Shown here: one piece after another, positions 61,865-64,000 of the stretch
How positions within the stretch are numbered: position 1 is the first letter of the stretch
Layout: each line of letters starts with the position of its first letter
NCBI RefSeq assembly: GCF_001194135.2
Contig: NC_068981.1
Location: forward strand, 40,998,900 to 41,062,899
Length of the DNA stretch: 64,000 nucleotides
Direction: 5' to 3'
Source: Octopus bimaculoides
Lineage: Eukaryota
The notes under the pieces: model-generated
What the model saw: only the letters and a program-made list of their open reading frames with translations
The model's database searches: none
Told to the model about the DNA's origin: nothing
Program-made: the position numbers and the translations under genes

Positions 61865-62917
61865 ATCAATGGTTTTATGCCAGGTGTTGAAAAGCTACAT
61901 TGTGAAAGTGTGACAAGCACAGGTGTCTTACTATAGAGAGTATACATGGCTATCCTGCATTATATAGGAGTGGGTATGGGTAGGAGTAGTTAAAAAACAA
62001 GGAATAGATGGTGGAGACTAAATGCCAGAGCAAGATACAATGGGTATAAAAGAGGATATGGAGAGTGGATCAGGTGGGATAGAGGGAATAGTTTCATAAG
62101 AGTATGAGGGTAGAGTAAATCTGACTAGAGGTGAGTATAGTGAGTGATGAGCAAGGGTATAGGTGTGGTTGATGGGAAATATCAGTATGAAGAGAGAATA
62201 AGATCAGAAAGTAGGGGGAATGATGTGCAGGGTGTGAGAGCAGTGGGAAAGATGTAGGAGTACATAAGGGTGGCTATAGTGGGTGGGGTATGATGGCTGA
62301 TGTGTGTGCTGGTTGAGAATGAGAGGTGTTGAGATGGAGTATAGCATAGGAGTTCATATATATCATGAACTTTATTTATATTGTACAATATAGCCTTTAT
62401 TTAAGATGATAGTTTGGTTTGTAAGAGTTATGGCAGCTTATTTTTTCAGCAAGTTGACTAAAAAATAAAATTTGTCAGTGAACAATTCTCTCTCCTTCTT
62501 TCTTTCTTCTTCTGTCTTATCCTTTCTATTTCATCTCTTAAAAATAGCTGAATAAACAGTTTATTTCTTTACTTCAGCAAAGTGTTTGTTTTTGGAGATA
62601 GTTTGAGTTTTTAAGATTAGCTGGGAGGGTGGTAGAAGTGAAGCTTGTTTTCAGTTACTCACACTGTATACATATTGATGCATAATTATTATTTGATTTC
62701 TGAAGAAAATTGCTTACTCGTCATTTTACTTATCTTGTTATATTGATTGAAATTTGATTTATCAGTTTTATATTGTGGACTCTTCAAATGCATTTCTCAT
62801 ATTACTAATTATAATATTTTACTTACTGACACTATTCATAATTGTCTTTTCATAAATAGTAATGTGTGTGTGTGTATATTTTAAATTCTTGTAAATATTT
62901 TGCTTTTTATTTTTCAG

Positions 62918-63163
62918 TCACCTCATTTGCAAGGAAAAACTATTGAATGTTTAAAAGAAAAAATAAGAACATTATCTGAAAGCTGCCACCGTCAAATTCA
63001 ACGAGTTACTGAGTTACAAGCAGATGACTACCATCTAGATCGCCCTCTCTTCTATGCATGCAGATTAGATCGTGAACGATTTTGTGATAAAGTAGCTGCT
63101 GGTAATGGTCGTATATTTGATTGTCTAATGAAGCATAAGTTTGAGAATGACATGTCAGATAAG
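62918..63163 (+). CDS. GLG1: GLG1 exon 5 (SPHLQGKTIECL...DDYHLDRPLFYACRLDRERFC...HKFENDMSDK)
   Basis: Acceptor tttttcag| and donor |gtaagt, 246 nt. It corresponds to human DDFHLDRHLYFACRDDRERFC. The gene continues past the window. Confidence 0.95.
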
Positions 63164-63661
63164 GTAAGTTAGTGAAATAATTTTTTTTTTTTTCTCATTT
63201 CTGATTTCTTTTGTGAAATAAAAATGCTGCATAATAAAAGTACTTGAATATTTGTTTTAAAAATATTAATTTTAATTTTATTTAGTTTTTAGTTTAAAAA
63301 TTAGCATGAATATCTAATGTATGCATTGTATACTTCTTTCTCAAACTAATTAGTTCACATTAGTATTTAATTCCAGTTTCTGTAATTTTACATATTGTAT
63401 TTGGAGACATTCCTAACCTTGCTCAGTTGAAATCCTCAATGTATAACATTTGTGGAACTACATGAAGTTTTATTCTGTGATTTTATGATCTCAAAGTACA
63501 TATTGGTTAAAAGGTGGCAGAGATAAAAGCTTTTTTATCATGATATGAATGTTTCTTTAAAAAAAAACATCAGTAAACTCAAAGGTTACAGTAACTTTTC
63601 ACCTTGTTATGAGGGATCTGCTCGAGATCAATGTTGCTAACTTAAACAATTTTATAAAATG

Positions 63662-64000
63662 TAGCGAATCAATTTAGATGAGATGCAGTTTGGGTTCGTG
63701 CCAGGTAAAAGCACTACTGATGCCTTATTTCTAGTGAGACAGTTGCAGGAGAAATACCTAGCTAAGGATAAACCTCTGTACCTGGCTTTCGTTGACATGG
63801 AGAAAGCCTTTGACAGGGTCCCCCGATCCCTTATCTGGTGGTCAATGAGGAAACTTGGGATAGAAGAATGGTTAGTGAGAGCTGTGCGAGCCATGTACAG
63901 AGATGCTGCCAGTAAGGTGAGGGTTGGAAATGAGTACAGCAATGAATTCCGGGTAGAGGTAGGGGTCCACCAAGGTTCCGTCCTCAGCCCCCTCTTATTT
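63662..64000 (+). mobile_element. 5'-truncated, young RTE-clade LINE; RT domain open to the window edge
   Basis: 112 uninterrupted codons from 63665 read RINLDEMQFGFVPGKSTTDALFLVRQLQEKY...AFVDMEKAFDRVPR...GVHQGSVLSPLLF. Confidence 0.95.

Overview
This is AT-rich, repeat-dense eukaryotic DNA with three N gaps. The SINE/RTE repeat families and the (CA)n/(TA)n/(ATG)n load suggest a coleoid cephalopod, probably Octopus (inference). The only gene I can identify confidently is the 5' part of GLG1 (Golgi apparatus protein 1 / cysteine-rich FGF receptor / ESL-1). It lies on the + strand as five phase-0 exons at 31104-31469, 40439-40471, 48050-48136, 49795-50016 and 62918-63163 (318 codons) and continues beyond the window. 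Most of the rest is transposon-derived: piggyBac, hAT (one full-length copy), two mariner copies, RTE and other LINE fragments, tRNA-derived SINEs with TSDs, and several MITE/foldback elements. The most interesting unannotated items are: (i) two copies of a minimal hammerhead-ribozyme motif of the Penelope-like type (17432-17477 and 28912-28957, - strand), one beside a 389-bp tandem unit carrying a PLE-like ORF start; (ii) a three-layer nested insertion (SINE < 9-bp-TSD foldback element < hAT); (iii) a 209-bp near-perfect foldback and a Kolobok-like hairpin in GLG1 introns; (iv) a sharp CpG footprint plus candidate micro-exons hinting at an unidentified divergent gene upstream of GLG1. I found no clearly new multi-gene system. 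All coordinates and counts were made by hand without database searches.
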